In this document: piece after piece, positions 20,540 to 30,806 of the stretch
Layout of the letters: each line of letters begins with the position of its first letter
Position numbering within the stretch: the stretch's first letter is position 1
NCBI GenBank assembly: GCA_000965745.1
Contig: CP009479.1
Location: 2,016,001 to 2,080,000, forward strand
Direction: 5' to 3'
DNA length: 64,000 bases
DNA from: an uncultured archaeon
Lineage (GTDB): Archaea > Thermoplasmatota > Thermoplasmata > Thermoplasmatales > Thermoplasmataceae
Notes under the pieces: generated by a model
Told to the model about the DNA's origin: nothing
The model's input: only the letters and a program-made list of their open reading frames with translations
The model's database searches: none
Program-made: the position numbers and the translations under genes

Positions 20540-22046
20540 ATACGATGAGAATGGTTTCTCTACAAAGTACGACTCTAAATATGCCCGGACTGTAATGATT
20601 ATCCTGGCAATGCTGGTGATTGTTGTGATGTATGTTGAGGGGATGCTTACGCCATCTCTTCCATCTATTGCCGGTGATTTTCACGTTACAATTTCCCAGG
20701 TAAGCCTGGTGCTTTCCACTTACCTTGTAGGAGGGGTCGCTTTTACCCCTATTGTGGGTAAACTTGGCGATATATACGGAAAGAAGAAGGTACTGACAGC
20801 AATCCTGTTCATATATCTGGCTGCGGTATTTGTAACTGGATTTTCCCCCAACTTCACCTTCATGGTTGTATCCAGAACCATACAGGGAGTGGGCATGGCG
20901 ATAATGCCATTGGGCATGAGCCTTGTCAGGGAAGAGTTTCCAAGGGATCTTGTGCCGAAAGCACAGGCCCTTATTAGCGCAATGTTCGGGGCAGGTTTTG
21001 CAATCAGCCTGCCGCTGGGCTCCTTAGTCTCAAATGACTTCGGGTGGAGGGTGACCTATCACACCGCAACACCTTTTGTTTTTATTCTGGCAATCGTAAC
21101 TATATTCGTAATCAAGGAATCTAGATTTAAGAGACCGGAAACAAAGATAGACATCGTGGGGGCAACTTTACTCAGCACTGTCCTCGGGCTCTTTGTTTTT
21201 GCTCTTTCCGAAGGCCCTACATGGGGATGGACTTCAACCGGCATTTTGGCCCTGTTTATAATCGGGGCCATTCTGATGGTGCCCCTGGTAGCTTACGAAA
21301 GGGGGTACACAAGGAAGAAGGGAGAGGCGATTGTGAACTTCAAACTGCTATCGGAAAGAAATGTTCTGGTTGCCAATCTGGCCCTGAGTATATCCGGTAT
21401 GGCGATGTTCCTTTCCATGCAGGCCCTGACATACAGGCTGGAGCTTCCGGTCCCTGCGGGGTTCGGCAAGTCCATAGTTGATACAGGGCTTTCTCTGGTT
21501 CCATTTGCCATAGGCGTCCTGGCGATGGGGCCTGTAACTGGGGCCCTTGTCTCCAGGACAGGGGTAAAACCCCTGGCAATACTTGGTGCTGTCCTTTCTG
21601 CGGTAGGATTTTTCATGCAGGCAACATTGCCCGGCTATACCGGCATCTTGATCTATGAGTTCATCACGGGTGCAGGCCTTTCGCTGCTCAACGGATCAAT
21701 GATAAATTTCGTTGTTCTTACTGTCCATCCGAAGGATATGGGGCTGGCCACTGCCATGAACGGAACATTCAGGAGCATGGGGAGCGGCATAGGCGCACCT
21801 GTTGCGGGATCACTGATGTCAACATTCACAGCATCGTTTGTGATAGGTGTCGGCGGCGGGCTCACAATAACTAGACTTCTCCCGTCGCATCTGGCTTTCA
21901 CCTATACTTTCTTAGCAGCATCGGTTGCGTTTATGGTCTCTGCAATCGTGATACTCTACGGTAAGGAGGTACTTGGAAGAGGACAGTCCAGGGTTAGGGC
22001 AAGCAGCAGGAGTGAGCTGAAAGCTGAGGATGCTCCGGCACAATGA
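20523..22046 (+). CDS. MFS drug:H+ antiporter (DHA2-like)
   Basis: GKLGDIYGKK, RTIQGVG, FGWR; overlaps marR. Confidence 0.92.
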   Translation: MKKITEYDENGFSTKYDSKYARTVMIILAMLVIVVMYVEGMLTPSLPSIAGDFHVTISQVSLVLSTYLVGGVAFTPIVGKLGDIYGKKKVLTAILFIYLAAVFVTGFSPNFTFMVVSRTIQGVGMAIMPLGMSLVREEFPRDLVPKAQALISAMFGAGFAISLPLGSLVSNDFGWRVTYHTATPFVFILAIVTIFVIKESRFKRPETKIDIVGATLLSTVLGLFVFALSEGPTWGWTSTGILALFIIGAILMVPLVAYERGYTRKKGEAIVNFKLLSERNVLVANLALSISGMAMFLSMQALTYRLELPVPAGFGKSIVDTGLSLVPFAIGVLAMGPVTGALVSRTGVKPLAILGAVLSAVGFFMQATLPGYTGILIYEFITGAGLSLLNGSMINFVVLTVHPKDMGLATAMNGTFRSMGSGIGAPVAGSLMSTFTASFVIGVGGGLTITRLLPSHLAFTYTFLAASVAFMVSAIVILYGKEVLGRGQSRVRASSRSELKAEDAPAQ

Positions 22047-22325
22047 GTCACCTCATCTCATTTTTTTCCACTACTCGCAAAATCACAGTGGTTGGCAAGA
22101 GTCAACCAATTTTGCCATTCAGCTCATCTCCTTTAGAACTGCACGTCATGTGCAGCCCAAGCGAGTTGATATGAAGAGTCCGCGCATCTCGGACATCGTG
22201 AATGGGTGTGGCCGATTTGTTCTCCTCCTGCATTCCTGGAATGTTTCCTTCATGCTCTCACCCCGAGAAGCTGGAACCCTCATCAAACAATTTAGAATCA
22301 AAAGTTGAGGAAAAACTTAATAATA

Positions 22326-22399
22326 TGGGCTCGCCGGGATTCGAACCCGGGTAATCGGCTCCGAAGGCCAACAGGATATCCTAGCTACCTCACAAGCCC
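22326..22399 (-). tRNA. tRNA-Arg(TCG)
   Basis: Reverse complement GGGCTTG...TTGGC CTTCGGA GCCGA...CCGGG TTCGAAT CCCGG CGAGCCC A; TTTTAT about 28 nt upstream. Confidence 0.93.
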
Positions 22400-22446
22400 A
22401 CTGATGATATGTTAACGAACAATAAAAGCCGTACGCTCCAAGCAAG

Positions 22447-22680
22447 CTAAAGTGTTGTCTGGACCTCGTTGCCCTCCGGAAACATAATACTGGAAAGCCC
22501 TGTTGAGTCCAGGTAATCGAAGAAGTCGTAAACGGGCTTGTTTTTTCCTTTCCCGGTTATGTTGACCACTGACTTGAAGTTGAAGCACAGCCTGCACTTG
22601 GTTATAAACGCAGAATGAAATGTACAGTTTCCATCATTGTGGTAGATGCAGTTCTGCTCAACACTTCTGTCTCCTGTCAT
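22447..22680 (-). CDS. Small Cys/His-rich protein
   Basis: CIYH-x4-CTFH-x6-CRLC; start overlaps the upstream stop (ATGA). Confidence 0.65.
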   Translation of the reverse strand: MTGDRSVEQNCIYHNDGNCTFHSAFITKCRLCFNFKSVVNITGKGKNKPVYDFFDYLDSTGLSSIMFPEGNEVQTTL

Positions 22681-25295
22681 GTTATCGACGTATTCTCCGC
22701 AAAGGAATTGAATGCATACTTAAAATTGTTGGGTATTATCTCGAGCATCTCCTTCATCTCCGGTATTTCTCCGTACTTCCTCTTCAGCGAAAGGAAAACA
22801 ATAGTCTCCTTATACAGCCTGACCAGATTTATTGTGCTCCTCTCATCCTTTGACAGGCTTTTGACATGCCCCATGAATTCATCTCTGCTTACCCTGCCAG
22901 CCATGCAGCTGATTTCCAGGGCCCTGATAAGATAGTCATATTTCCTTACGCCTGTATCAGGTGGGGGGCAACTCTCGAGGTACTTTTCAAGTCCTGCTTC
23001 ATCACCCTGGTAGAACAGGACCAGCCCCTTGTGTACGATGGACATCAGGACGCCATACCTTTCCCCCATGTCTGCTGCCCTTCTAATGCAGATGTCAGCA
23101 GCGTTGTTTGCGTTTTCAAAGTCTCCCCTGAAAACAAAAAATATTGCTGCCATGGAGTAGAAAATTGGAAGGAACTCTTCATCTTCGGGCAACTCCTCGA
23201 GAAACAGTGACGGCAGAATATCGCTCTTTTCCCCAGTAACGAGTTCATGGGAAAACTCCTTCATTGCGTACGCTATCTTGTACAGTTCTCCATCCTTGTT
23301 TCTGTTAACCGCTTCAAGCGCCTTCTCAGAAGCTTCAAGCGAGCTCCTGACTTCGAGTTCATTAAGGTAAAGAATAGACAGGAATCTAAAAAATCTGTAC
23401 TTCAGGTCATTACGGTCTGCAAGTTCAACAAGTTTTATTGCTGACGGAATGTAGCTTCTGACTTCATCCACTCTTCCGGTTATGTAGTAAGTTTCGGCGA
23501 GGTTGTAAGTCGAGTAGGCCCTGGTTACCAGGTCTCCCGTGAGGTATGAGTTCTCAATAAGCTCATTGAATATTCCGATTGCTTCACTATACTCCCCTTC
23601 GTAGCTCTTCAGAATTCCTATGTTGTTGAGATTCTTGGCAGCGTTTCCCAGAAGCCCAAGGCTTCTATTGATCTCAAGCGATTCCTCGTAAAATCTCATC
23701 GCTTCCCCATGCCTGAAGGTTTCAAGGCACACATTTCCCAGAATATTCAGTGCCTCAGCTTCTTTGCCACTGTCTCCTGCAGTTTTCAGAATGTTTCTGG
23801 CCTTGTCCGTTATTTCATACGCCGAAGCGTACTCCCTCTTTTTGAGAAGCACCGATCCCTTTGCGAGATAAAGAAGCCCTATTTCTGTATCACTAACTTT
23901 TTCTGAAGCGCCTATCTTTTCTATCAGCTCAAGAGCAGACGAGTACTCCCCTCTATGTGTGTTAAGCCTTGCGAGGCTTATCTTTGGCACTATCTCACTG
24001 GGATGTTCCGATATTATCCCCTCATAACAGGCAGAAGCCCCCTCTGCCTCACCCAGCAACTCTAGAGCCTCACATCTTGTTAGCGACGCTGTGACTGAAT
24101 ACGTCATCTTTTCAGCTTTCTCCAGGAAGTCGGTAAGGAAGTCTATAAGTGACCTGAGTGAGGCAAATTTGGAGATTATGGAACTGCCCTGTTCTTCTAT
24201 GATCCTCCCGATGTATTCTATCTCTCCTTTCTGCAGCAGTATGTACAGCTGCATCTGAAGCGGCAGTTCGACGAAAAGGTCGCTCTTGCTCATGGTATAG
24301 TATATCTGAAGCTTGCGGGTGTTGGACATCCTGCTCAATATGAAGTCCCTTATCCTGTAGTTTGAGATATCATATTTCAGACCTTTCTCCGAAACCACCC
24401 CGGACTTTTCAAGCTTGCTGAGTACCTTCAGCATATCCGTGTCGTCTACGCCAGCTAAACGGCCAAGCCTCGTGTATGTTGTTTCCTCCTCTATGAGAGC
24501 CAGGAGTTCTGCGACAAAAGCCTGTTTCTCAGTAAGCTCAGAAAGGATCCTTTCATAGTGTATCTCAACTGCCTGAGGGATCGGAAAGAATCTGTAGACA
24601 ACATCGTCAACCTCCTTTTCCCCGTTTATGATTCCGTGATCTTCGTAGTACTGCAGCGTGTATTTCAATGTGTTTATGTTTCCGTCCACTACCCTGAACA
24701 AATCGTTGACAAACCGGTCGGGGAGGTTGTATCCGTTTATTCCGAGAAAAAACCTGAAATCGTCGACTTTCATTTTTTCAAGATGTATGGTCTTGACCTG
24801 CTCTTCAGTCTCGAGGAGCTGGAGAAAACGCCTGCTAAGCCTGCTGCTTTCTACAAAATTTGTTGTGAAAGACCCGATAAGTTTGAAATTATACTTCTTC
24901 GTGAGACGGGAAAGATACAGGAAGAAATCCCTGGACTCATCTGAAACGCTTTCCAGCCCTTCTGCGATTATTACTGTACTTCCCGAATCATCTCCCTTCA
25001 GGAGTTCTATGTAACCGTTCATCAATTCCTCAATATTCCGGTTCCTGAACTCATCAAACGCGTCATTAAGGATTTCATTGAAAAGATGGTATCTTGAAAG
25101 CTCCGTCTTCAGGTAGCTTGAGCCCCTGAAAAATTTAATGCCCTCTGGCTGAAGTCTATCGCGCAAGTAGCCTATGGTCTCTGTCTTGCCAAAACCCTCA
25201 GGAGCTACAAGCACGTAGCTTGTACCCTCTTCTTTGGAAGGAATTTCCTCCTCAAGTTTTTTACAGGCATCTACATAGGATGTGCTTCCATCCAT
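22677..25295 (-). CDS. STAND-like NTPase + wHTH + TPR protein
   Basis: APEGFGKT Walker A variant, degenerate Walker B (IIAEGL), DGN in place of GxP, wHTH (LSKLEKSGVV), TPRs (ALNILGNV, NLNNIG, YNLAETY). Confidence 0.75.
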   Translation of the reverse strand: MDGSTSYVDACKKLEEEIPSKEEGTSYVLVAPEGFGKTETIGYLRDRLQPEGIKFFRGSSYLKTELSRYHLFNEILNDAFDEFRNRNIEELMNGYIELLKGDDSGSTVIIAEGLESVSDESRDFFLYLSRLTKKYNFKLIGSFTTNFVESSRLSRRFLQLLETEEQVKTIHLEKMKVDDFRFFLGINGYNLPDRFVNDLFRVVDGNINTLKYTLQYYEDHGIINGEKEVDDVVYRFFPIPQAVEIHYERILSELTEKQAFVAELLALIEEETTYTRLGRLAGVDDTDMLKVLSKLEKSGVVSEKGLKYDISNYRIRDFILSRMSNTRKLQIYYTMSKSDLFVELPLQMQLYILLQKGEIEYIGRIIEEQGSSIISKFASLRSLIDFLTDFLEKAEKMTYSVTASLTRCEALELLGEAEGASACYEGIISEHPSEIVPKISLARLNTHRGEYSSALELIEKIGASEKVSDTEIGLLYLAKGSVLLKKREYASAYEITDKARNILKTAGDSGKEAEALNILGNVCLETFRHGEAMRFYEESLEINRSLGLLGNAAKNLNNIGILKSYEGEYSEAIGIFNELIENSYLTGDLVTRAYSTYNLAETYYITGRVDEVRSYIPSAIKLVELADRNDLKYRFFRFLSILYLNELEVRSSLEASEKALEAVNRNKDGELYKIAYAMKEFSHELVTGEKSDILPSLFLEELPEDEEFLPIFYSMAAIFFVFRGDFENANNAADICIRRAADMGERYGVLMSIVHKGLVLFYQGDEAGLEKYLESCPPPDTGVRKYDYLIRALEISCMAGRVSRDEFMGHVKSLSKDERSTINLVRLYKETIVFLSLKRKYGEIPEMKEMLEIIPNNFKYAFNSFAENTSIT

Positions 25296-25372
25296 CCTTG
25301 CACTAAGAATATTGTTTTATTAATATTTTTTTACCAATATGGTGATTTAAATTTCTTGATGGACGCTTTTCA

Positions 25373-26116
25373 TCAAATTTTAACACGCCTGCCCGAGTCG
25401 GTCAGTTTGGTTACTCCGAATTCACGCATCCTACCTATGGATTCTATATCAAAAACCGGACCGTCCCTGCAGAGCTGGTAACCGTCCACTGAACATGAAT
25501 CGCAAATCCCGATACCGCACTTCATTAGCCTCTCAAGGGAAAATTCTGCTTTCACATTTCTGCCTTTCAGGTAGTCATGGACAGCTTTAAGCATTTTCTC
25601 AGGGCCGCACACATAAAGCATGCTGAACCTTTCAAGGTCCATCGACCTGAGTTGGTCTACCGGAGTACCTTTCACCCCTGCCGATCCATCATCTGTAACC
25701 CTGAAAATCCGTTCCCGTTCAAATTCATCATCGAAGAGGAGCTCCTTTTCATTTCTGGCAGAAACTACCGCCGAAGAATTCAGGCTGATTAGCGGCCGTA
25801 GGGAAGCCATGCCTGTCCCGCCCCCTACCAGGAGAACTTCCCCCTCTGCAGGCGTGAATGAATCGCCGTAGGGTCCGCGGAAGAACAGCCTGTCCCCGGG
25901 TTCCAGGTTCCTGAGTGCCTTAGAGGTTGGCCCATATTCTTTCACTGTTATGGCCTTTGTCCCTTCAGTGATGGATAGGGACATGGGTATTTCACCTACA
26001 TCAGGAAGCCACACCATGACGAACTGTCCCGGTTTTACAATCTGATCCCATTCGAAGTATAGCGTGGAAACCAACGGGGTTTCTTCTCTCTTGCCCGTGA
26101 CAGCAACACAGATCAT
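25373..26116 (-). CDS. pyrK: Dihydroorotate dehydrogenase electron transfer subunit
   Basis: PGQFVM, RGPYG, GGGTG, CGPE, CGIGICDSC...C.DGPVF. Confidence 0.93.
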   Translation of the reverse strand: MICVAVTGKREETPLVSTLYFEWDQIVKPGQFVMVWLPDVGEIPMSLSITEGTKAITVKEYGPTSKALRNLEPGDRLFFRGPYGDSFTPAEGEVLLVGGGTGMASLRPLISLNSSAVVSARNEKELLFDDEFERERIFRVTDDGSAGVKGTPVDQLRSMDLERFSMLYVCGPEKMLKAVHDYLKGRNVKAEFSLERLMKCGIGICDSCSVDGYQLCRDGPVFDIESIGRMREFGVTKLTDSGRRVKI

Positions 26117-27018
26117 CCCGATATCGCCACCCCTATGAGTTCATCGATCCTATCGACCTTCTCTCTGGCCATGAAATCGTTTATTTGGCCATTAACCAAG
26201 TCGAAAACTCTCCTGCCATGCCTGAAAAGTGCTGTTCCGATTTGTAGCGCTGAGGCACCGGCCATAATGTACTCAATTGCATCATAGCCGGTTTCAATTC
26301 CGCCTACGCCAACTATTTCCTTTCCGGTTTCCTTCTTCACCTCGTAGACATATCTTATCCCCACGGGCTTTATCGCACTTCCCGAAAGGCCTCCATACCT
26401 GTTGCTCAGCACAGGCTTTCTGGCATTGATGTCTATGGACATACCCCTTACCGTGTTTATCAAAACATATGCGTCCGCTCTTTCTGCAGCCTTTGCAATC
26501 TCAAGCATGTTGCTGACATTGGGGCTCAATTTGGCAAACAGCGGTACACTGATCTTCTTCTTGATCTCTGTAACTATTTCTTCAACAAGTGACGCATCGC
26601 TGCCCACTTCGGTTCCGAAACCCTCCACGTGCGGGCATGAAAGGTTCAGTTCAACGCCGGAAACCGAGAATTTTTCCATCTTTTCTGCCAGGTTCACAAA
26701 ATCTTCTACAGTAGATGCAAAAATGCTTCCAATTACTGGTTTTCCAGCAGTCAATGCGATTTCTATCTCTTCTCCGAAACTTTCAATTCCCGGATTGGCT
26801 AGCCCCACCGCATTAAGGAGGCCACTGTCAACTTCTGCTATGACAGGAGGCCTGTATCCTGCCCTCTCATCAATACCTATAGACTTTGTAACAACGGCTG
26901 CTGCACCCTCTTCCATAATTCTCCTCATGGTGTAGCCGTTTTCATCAAGTATACCAGATGCAAGGATTAGGGGATTCTCAAGCTCAAGCCCTGCAATCTT
27001 CGCTGAAATGTCCGGCAT
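26113..27018 (-). CDS. pyrD: Dihydroorotate dehydrogenase class 1B catalytic subunit
   Basis: NAVGLANPG, ELNLSCPH, KLSPN, GGLSG.AIKP. Confidence 0.95.
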   Translation of the reverse strand: MPDISAKIAGLELENPLILASGILDENGYTMRRIMEEGAAAVVTKSIGIDERAGYRPPVIAEVDSGLLNAVGLANPGIESFGEEIEIALTAGKPVIGSIFASTVEDFVNLAEKMEKFSVSGVELNLSCPHVEGFGTEVGSDASLVEEIVTEIKKKISVPLFAKLSPNVSNMLEIAKAAERADAYVLINTVRGMSIDINARKPVLSNRYGGLSGSAIKPVGIRYVYEVKKETGKEIVGVGGIETGYDAIEYIMAGASALQIGTALFRHGRRVFDLVNGQINDFMAREKVDRIDELIGVAISG

Positions 27019-27120
27019 GTATCACTAACCGGAAGTCGATCCCTACAGTTTATTTAAATTCAATTGTCCACAGGGCACCCCCAATGCAGATATGGCCTTA
27101 TGGCAGGCCCGCCGGTAAGT

Positions 27121-27612
27121 TCAGTATTCTGTGGGCATGAAATCGGGAAAGCCTTCGAGAACAACATACCCTTTCTTCTCGAGTGCTCCCCTGTAAAGGT
27201 ACACCTTTTCAAACGGCAGGTCAACCATCCTGTTGCTGAGGTAGTATTTTCCACCATTTTCAGAAAAAATTCTGCAGCCGCTCATGTTTGCATAGTTCAT
27301 CACAAGGTCTTCCGTTACGGTGAGGAAATCCCTGATCACGCGATCAGGCAGGTTGCTGCTGATTACCACTCTGGAGGCACCTGAAACTATGCTGTCAACA
27401 AGATCAGCAGTCCGTTCTGGGAAGCTCATTACAGTAATTTCGAAGAACTTAGAAAGCTCGTTGTAGAGTTTCAGGTTGTATGCACCTTTATTCAGGCCGT
27501 CCAAATCTATGACAAAGAGCTCTTCCTCATCCTCAAATTCAAGCAGGGTTTTAGCATTGACGAACCCTGTAATCTCCTTGTTGTCCAGGACTACACACTT
27601 AACTGTTTCCAA
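27121..27612 (-). CDS. Truncated HisA/HisF-related TIM-barrel protein
   Basis: LFVIDLDG, GASRVVISS resemble HisA half-barrel motifs. Confidence 0.6.
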   Translation of the reverse strand: METVKCVVLDNKEITGFVNAKTLLEFEDEEELFVIDLDGLNKGAYNLKLYNELSKFFEITVMSFPERTADLVDSIVSGASRVVISSNLPDRVIRDFLTVTEDLVMNYANMSGCRIFSENGGKYYLSNRMVDLPFEKVYLYRGALEKKGYVVLEGFPDFMPTEY

Positions 27613-27825
27613 CCCGGAATTATGGTACCTGTTCTAATAACATTATTCATCAAGTTTGCCTTCATGTCATCTATTGTCACTGAAAATAAAAATACAGAGC
27701 AGTTGATTTGAGCGTTGCAAACAGTCCTAGTTTGGCATGGCTCATACGAAAAATTGCTTTTTATTATGGTGTAATAACTATGATCCATGGGAAATATTAT
27801 ATTCTGTTAAGTTAATATATCGAAT

Positions 27826-28644
27826 GTGCTTGCAGACTCTCGAACTTACAGGCTCAAATTCACCAGGGTTCTGATCCCGATGGCAAGTGGCGGGAAATCA
27901 AGAAGAGTCCTGGATATTGCCTATGACATGGCGTCTGTGCATGATTGCGAAATCACTGCCTTAACAATAAAGGATGAAGTCCATGATATGGCATGGAGCG
28001 AAAAGGTTGCACGTGTGACGGAAGCCTACAGGGAAGGCAAGGACAAAGGGATAAAAGTTGTCCCCAAGATAAGAACCAGGGGGTCTGTCAGGGAATGCAT
28101 CACCGATGAGGTTAATGCCCATGCCTACAGCATGGTAATGCTTGCAGCAGGAAAAAGGTCACCTCTGTCAGCATCCATTTTCGGCGGAATCGGAGACCAC
28201 GTCCTGAAGAACTCAAAAATACCGGTCATCGCCGCGAGCGTGTCAGATACCAGCTATCCCTACAGAAGCATCTTTCTTCCAGTGTCCGAGAACGTGAACA
28301 CCCGGACTGCGGTTTCATTCGCACTCAACCTGAAAATAGCAACTGGTGCGAAACTCTACCTTGCTGACCTTAGAGGATATGACACCAAGATAAGGCACGG
28401 GTTCAAGCTTCTTTTCGACCATTTTGAGGAGATGCTTGAAAGGTTTGGCAGGGATATCGTTGTCATTAAGGGTGGATTTTCAGAAACTCTCAAGGAAGAG
28501 CTAAAATCACTCTCAGAGAGGCTTTCTCCTGATGCCACAGTGCTTGGGGTCCGATCTGACACATCGGGAAAAATCAGGATGAGTTCCAACGTTAAAGCCA
28601 CGATAAAGGAGAACCCGGGTGACACAATTCTGATAAAAAAGTAG
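27826..28644 (+). CDS. Universal stress protein (tandem Usp domains)
   Basis: RVLIP, IFGGIGDHVLKNSKIPV, SIFLPV. Confidence 0.85.
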   Translation: MLADSRTYRLKFTRVLIPMASGGKSRRVLDIAYDMASVHDCEITALTIKDEVHDMAWSEKVARVTEAYREGKDKGIKVVPKIRTRGSVRECITDEVNAHAYSMVMLAAGKRSPLSASIFGGIGDHVLKNSKIPVIAASVSDTSYPYRSIFLPVSENVNTRTAVSFALNLKIATGAKLYLADLRGYDTKIRHGFKLLFDHFEEMLERFGRDIVVIKGGFSETLKEELKSLSERLSPDATVLGVRSDTSGKIRMSSNVKATIKENPGDTILIKK

Positions 28645-28657
28645 AGGTGACTGCATA

Positions 28658-30205
28658 TTACTGCAATCTCTTGCCCATGTATGGGCCTACTCTCTCATAG
28701 CCCATTCTTCTGAAATATTCCCTTACTCCTATCCCGCTTATTACAAGGATTCTTCCCAGGCCATATTCTTCCCTGGTGATTCTTTCAGCCTCCGCCATAA
28801 GAAGGCCTCCGAACCCTTTATGCTGCCACCTGCCTCCAGCCTTGTCCCCTACCGGGACGACGCTGCCGAACACTTTTATCTCCCTGATCACGGAAGAATC
28901 TGCCATTTCTTTCCTGTGTGCGCTGTCAGAAGGGATTCTAAGCCTTACAAATCCCACTATCCTGTTATCCTGCGTTTCATATGAAATGAATATCTCTTTC
29001 CCGCCACTCGCTTCATAATTTCTCCGTCTCAGGGCTGGTTCCTCCCCCATCTCAGGTACACGGCCAATTTCACGGGACCTCATTTCCATAGTGTTGATAC
29101 CGAGTTCATTCAGCCTGTCATCAACCATGTTTCGTATGTCGCTCCTCTTGACCCCGGACTCGATAAACTTGACAGGAATGTCCCTCTGCATCCTCTGCAC
29201 TCTGATCCAGGGAGGCATATTCTTCATGAAATAGGTAATGAGATCCACGGCGCTATCAGTATCCAGCGGCATGTATTTCCCCTGCTTCCACATCCTGTAT
29301 ATCGCTGTGCCCTTGACAACCAGCGTTGGGTAAATCTTCAGCATGTCGGGCCTGTAGGCGGGATCCTTGATCATAAGGTCGAAGCTTTTCTTGTCATCTT
29401 CAATTGAGGCTCCAGGCATCCCCGGCATCAGATGATACACCATCTTCAGGCCCGCGTCCCTTGAGAGCTGCGTAGACTTGACAATCTCTGCTATGCCATG
29501 TCCCCGCCCATTCTTCCTCAATATCCTCTCTGATATATTCTGGACTCCAAGCTCAACTTTTGTTGCGCCATATCTCAGGGAAAGGTCAATCTCCTTCTCA
29601 AAAAACCAGTCGGGTTTCGTCTCTACTGTCAGACCGATGCATCTGCGTCCAGCACCCTCGTTCTGAAGGATGGACTCGTCAAGCGTGTTTGATATGCTCA
29701 TGTTCATGCCGTCCAGGCATCCCTTAACAAATGACTCCTGGTACTCCCTGGGCCTTGCAGTGAATGTTCCGCCCATTATTATCAAATCAACTTTGCTGGT
29801 ATCATGGCCTATGGTATCAAGCTGCTTCAGCCTGTTGAACACCTGGTTGTAGCCATCGTAGCCGTTGCTCCTCCCTCTCAGGGCGGCAGGCTCATATCCG
29901 GTGTAAGCTTGCGGGGAATTGTTTTCGAGCCCTCCCGGGCAGTATATGCACTTGCCGTGAGGGCACCTGTCCGGAGAGGTCATGGCGGCAACAACTGCAA
30001 CTCCGGATATTGTCCTTGTGGGTTTAATTCTAAGAAGATCAAGATACTGTTCATCGAATTCAGCAGAGTTAAGGATTTCAACATCACCGGGGATATAATC
30101 AAGATTATACCGCTTCGCCAGCTGCATTTTTCTGGACTGAAGCTGCTCCTTTGTCTTTACGTTCCCGGTCCTGATTTCGTGGACTATCTCTTCATAAAAG
30201 TCCAT
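28658..30205 (-). CDS. elp3: tRNA uridine(34) acetyltransferase Elp3
   Basis: RTISGVAVVA, CPHGKCIYCPGG, ETKPD, LKIYPTLV, QHKGFG, ISGIGVREY. Confidence 0.96.
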   Translation of the reverse strand: MDFYEEIVHEIRTGNVKTKEQLQSRKMQLAKRYNLDYIPGDVEILNSAEFDEQYLDLLRIKPTRTISGVAVVAAMTSPDRCPHGKCIYCPGGLENNSPQAYTGYEPAALRGRSNGYDGYNQVFNRLKQLDTIGHDTSKVDLIIMGGTFTARPREYQESFVKGCLDGMNMSISNTLDESILQNEGAGRRCIGLTVETKPDWFFEKEIDLSLRYGATKVELGVQNISERILRKNGRGHGIAEIVKSTQLSRDAGLKMVYHLMPGMPGASIEDDKKSFDLMIKDPAYRPDMLKIYPTLVVKGTAIYRMWKQGKYMPLDTDSAVDLITYFMKNMPPWIRVQRMQRDIPVKFIESGVKRSDIRNMVDDRLNELGINTMEMRSREIGRVPEMGEEPALRRRNYEASGGKEIFISYETQDNRIVGFVRLRIPSDSAHRKEMADSSVIREIKVFGSVVPVGDKAGGRWQHKGFGGLLMAEAERITREEYGLGRILVISGIGVREYFRRMGYERVGPYMGKRLQ

Positions 30206-30317
30206 CCAGGTTGGAATGCTTGAGATTATTAAACCCTTTTGAGAGGTCTGGATGAAATATGCTGTTGATCATGGAGGTGTGTGGAAGATTTTAATCAGCA
30301 GCAGCTTATCATGGAAC

Positions 30318-30806
30318 ATGGGGCTGGATATATCTGAAATTGAAGTGAATAAGCCTGATGACACGAACGTTATAGTGGGATATTCCCATTTTATCAAGAC
30401 TGTCGAAGACCTTACTGAAATTGTCAGGACCACTGCACCCGAAGCAAAGTTCTCTGTAACGTTTTCTGAGGCATCAGGCCCAAGGCTTGTCAGGTTTGAG
30501 GGAAATGACAGTGAACTAGTAGAATATGGGATTGAAAACATCAAAAGGATTGCATCTGGGCATACTTTCATGATTATTTTGAGGAATGCCTTCCCGATAA
30601 GCATACTCAACGCATTGAAACTGTGCCAGGAGGTCGGCACCATCTATGCTGCGACCGCGAACCCTTTGAAGGTGCTTGTTGCCAGGGGCGAGGATGGAAA
30701 TGGTGTTATAGGCGTTATTGATGGTGGATCCCCACTTGGTGTTGAAAGCGAGGATGACAAGAAGAAAAGAAGGCAGTTCCTGAGAGATATAGGTTACAAA
30801 GGATAG
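30318..30806 (+). CDS. Adenosine-specific kinase / DUF355 family protein
   Basis: SHFIKTVEDL, EASGPRLVR, GH.F, ATANP, GVIDG.SP, ends LRDIGYKG-TAG; start moved to ATG 30318. Confidence 0.9.
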   Translation: MGLDISEIEVNKPDDTNVIVGYSHFIKTVEDLTEIVRTTAPEAKFSVTFSEASGPRLVRFEGNDSELVEYGIENIKRIASGHTFMIILRNAFPISILNALKLCQEVGTIYAATANPLKVLVARGEDGNGVIGVIDGGSPLGVESEDDKKKRRQFLRDIGYKG

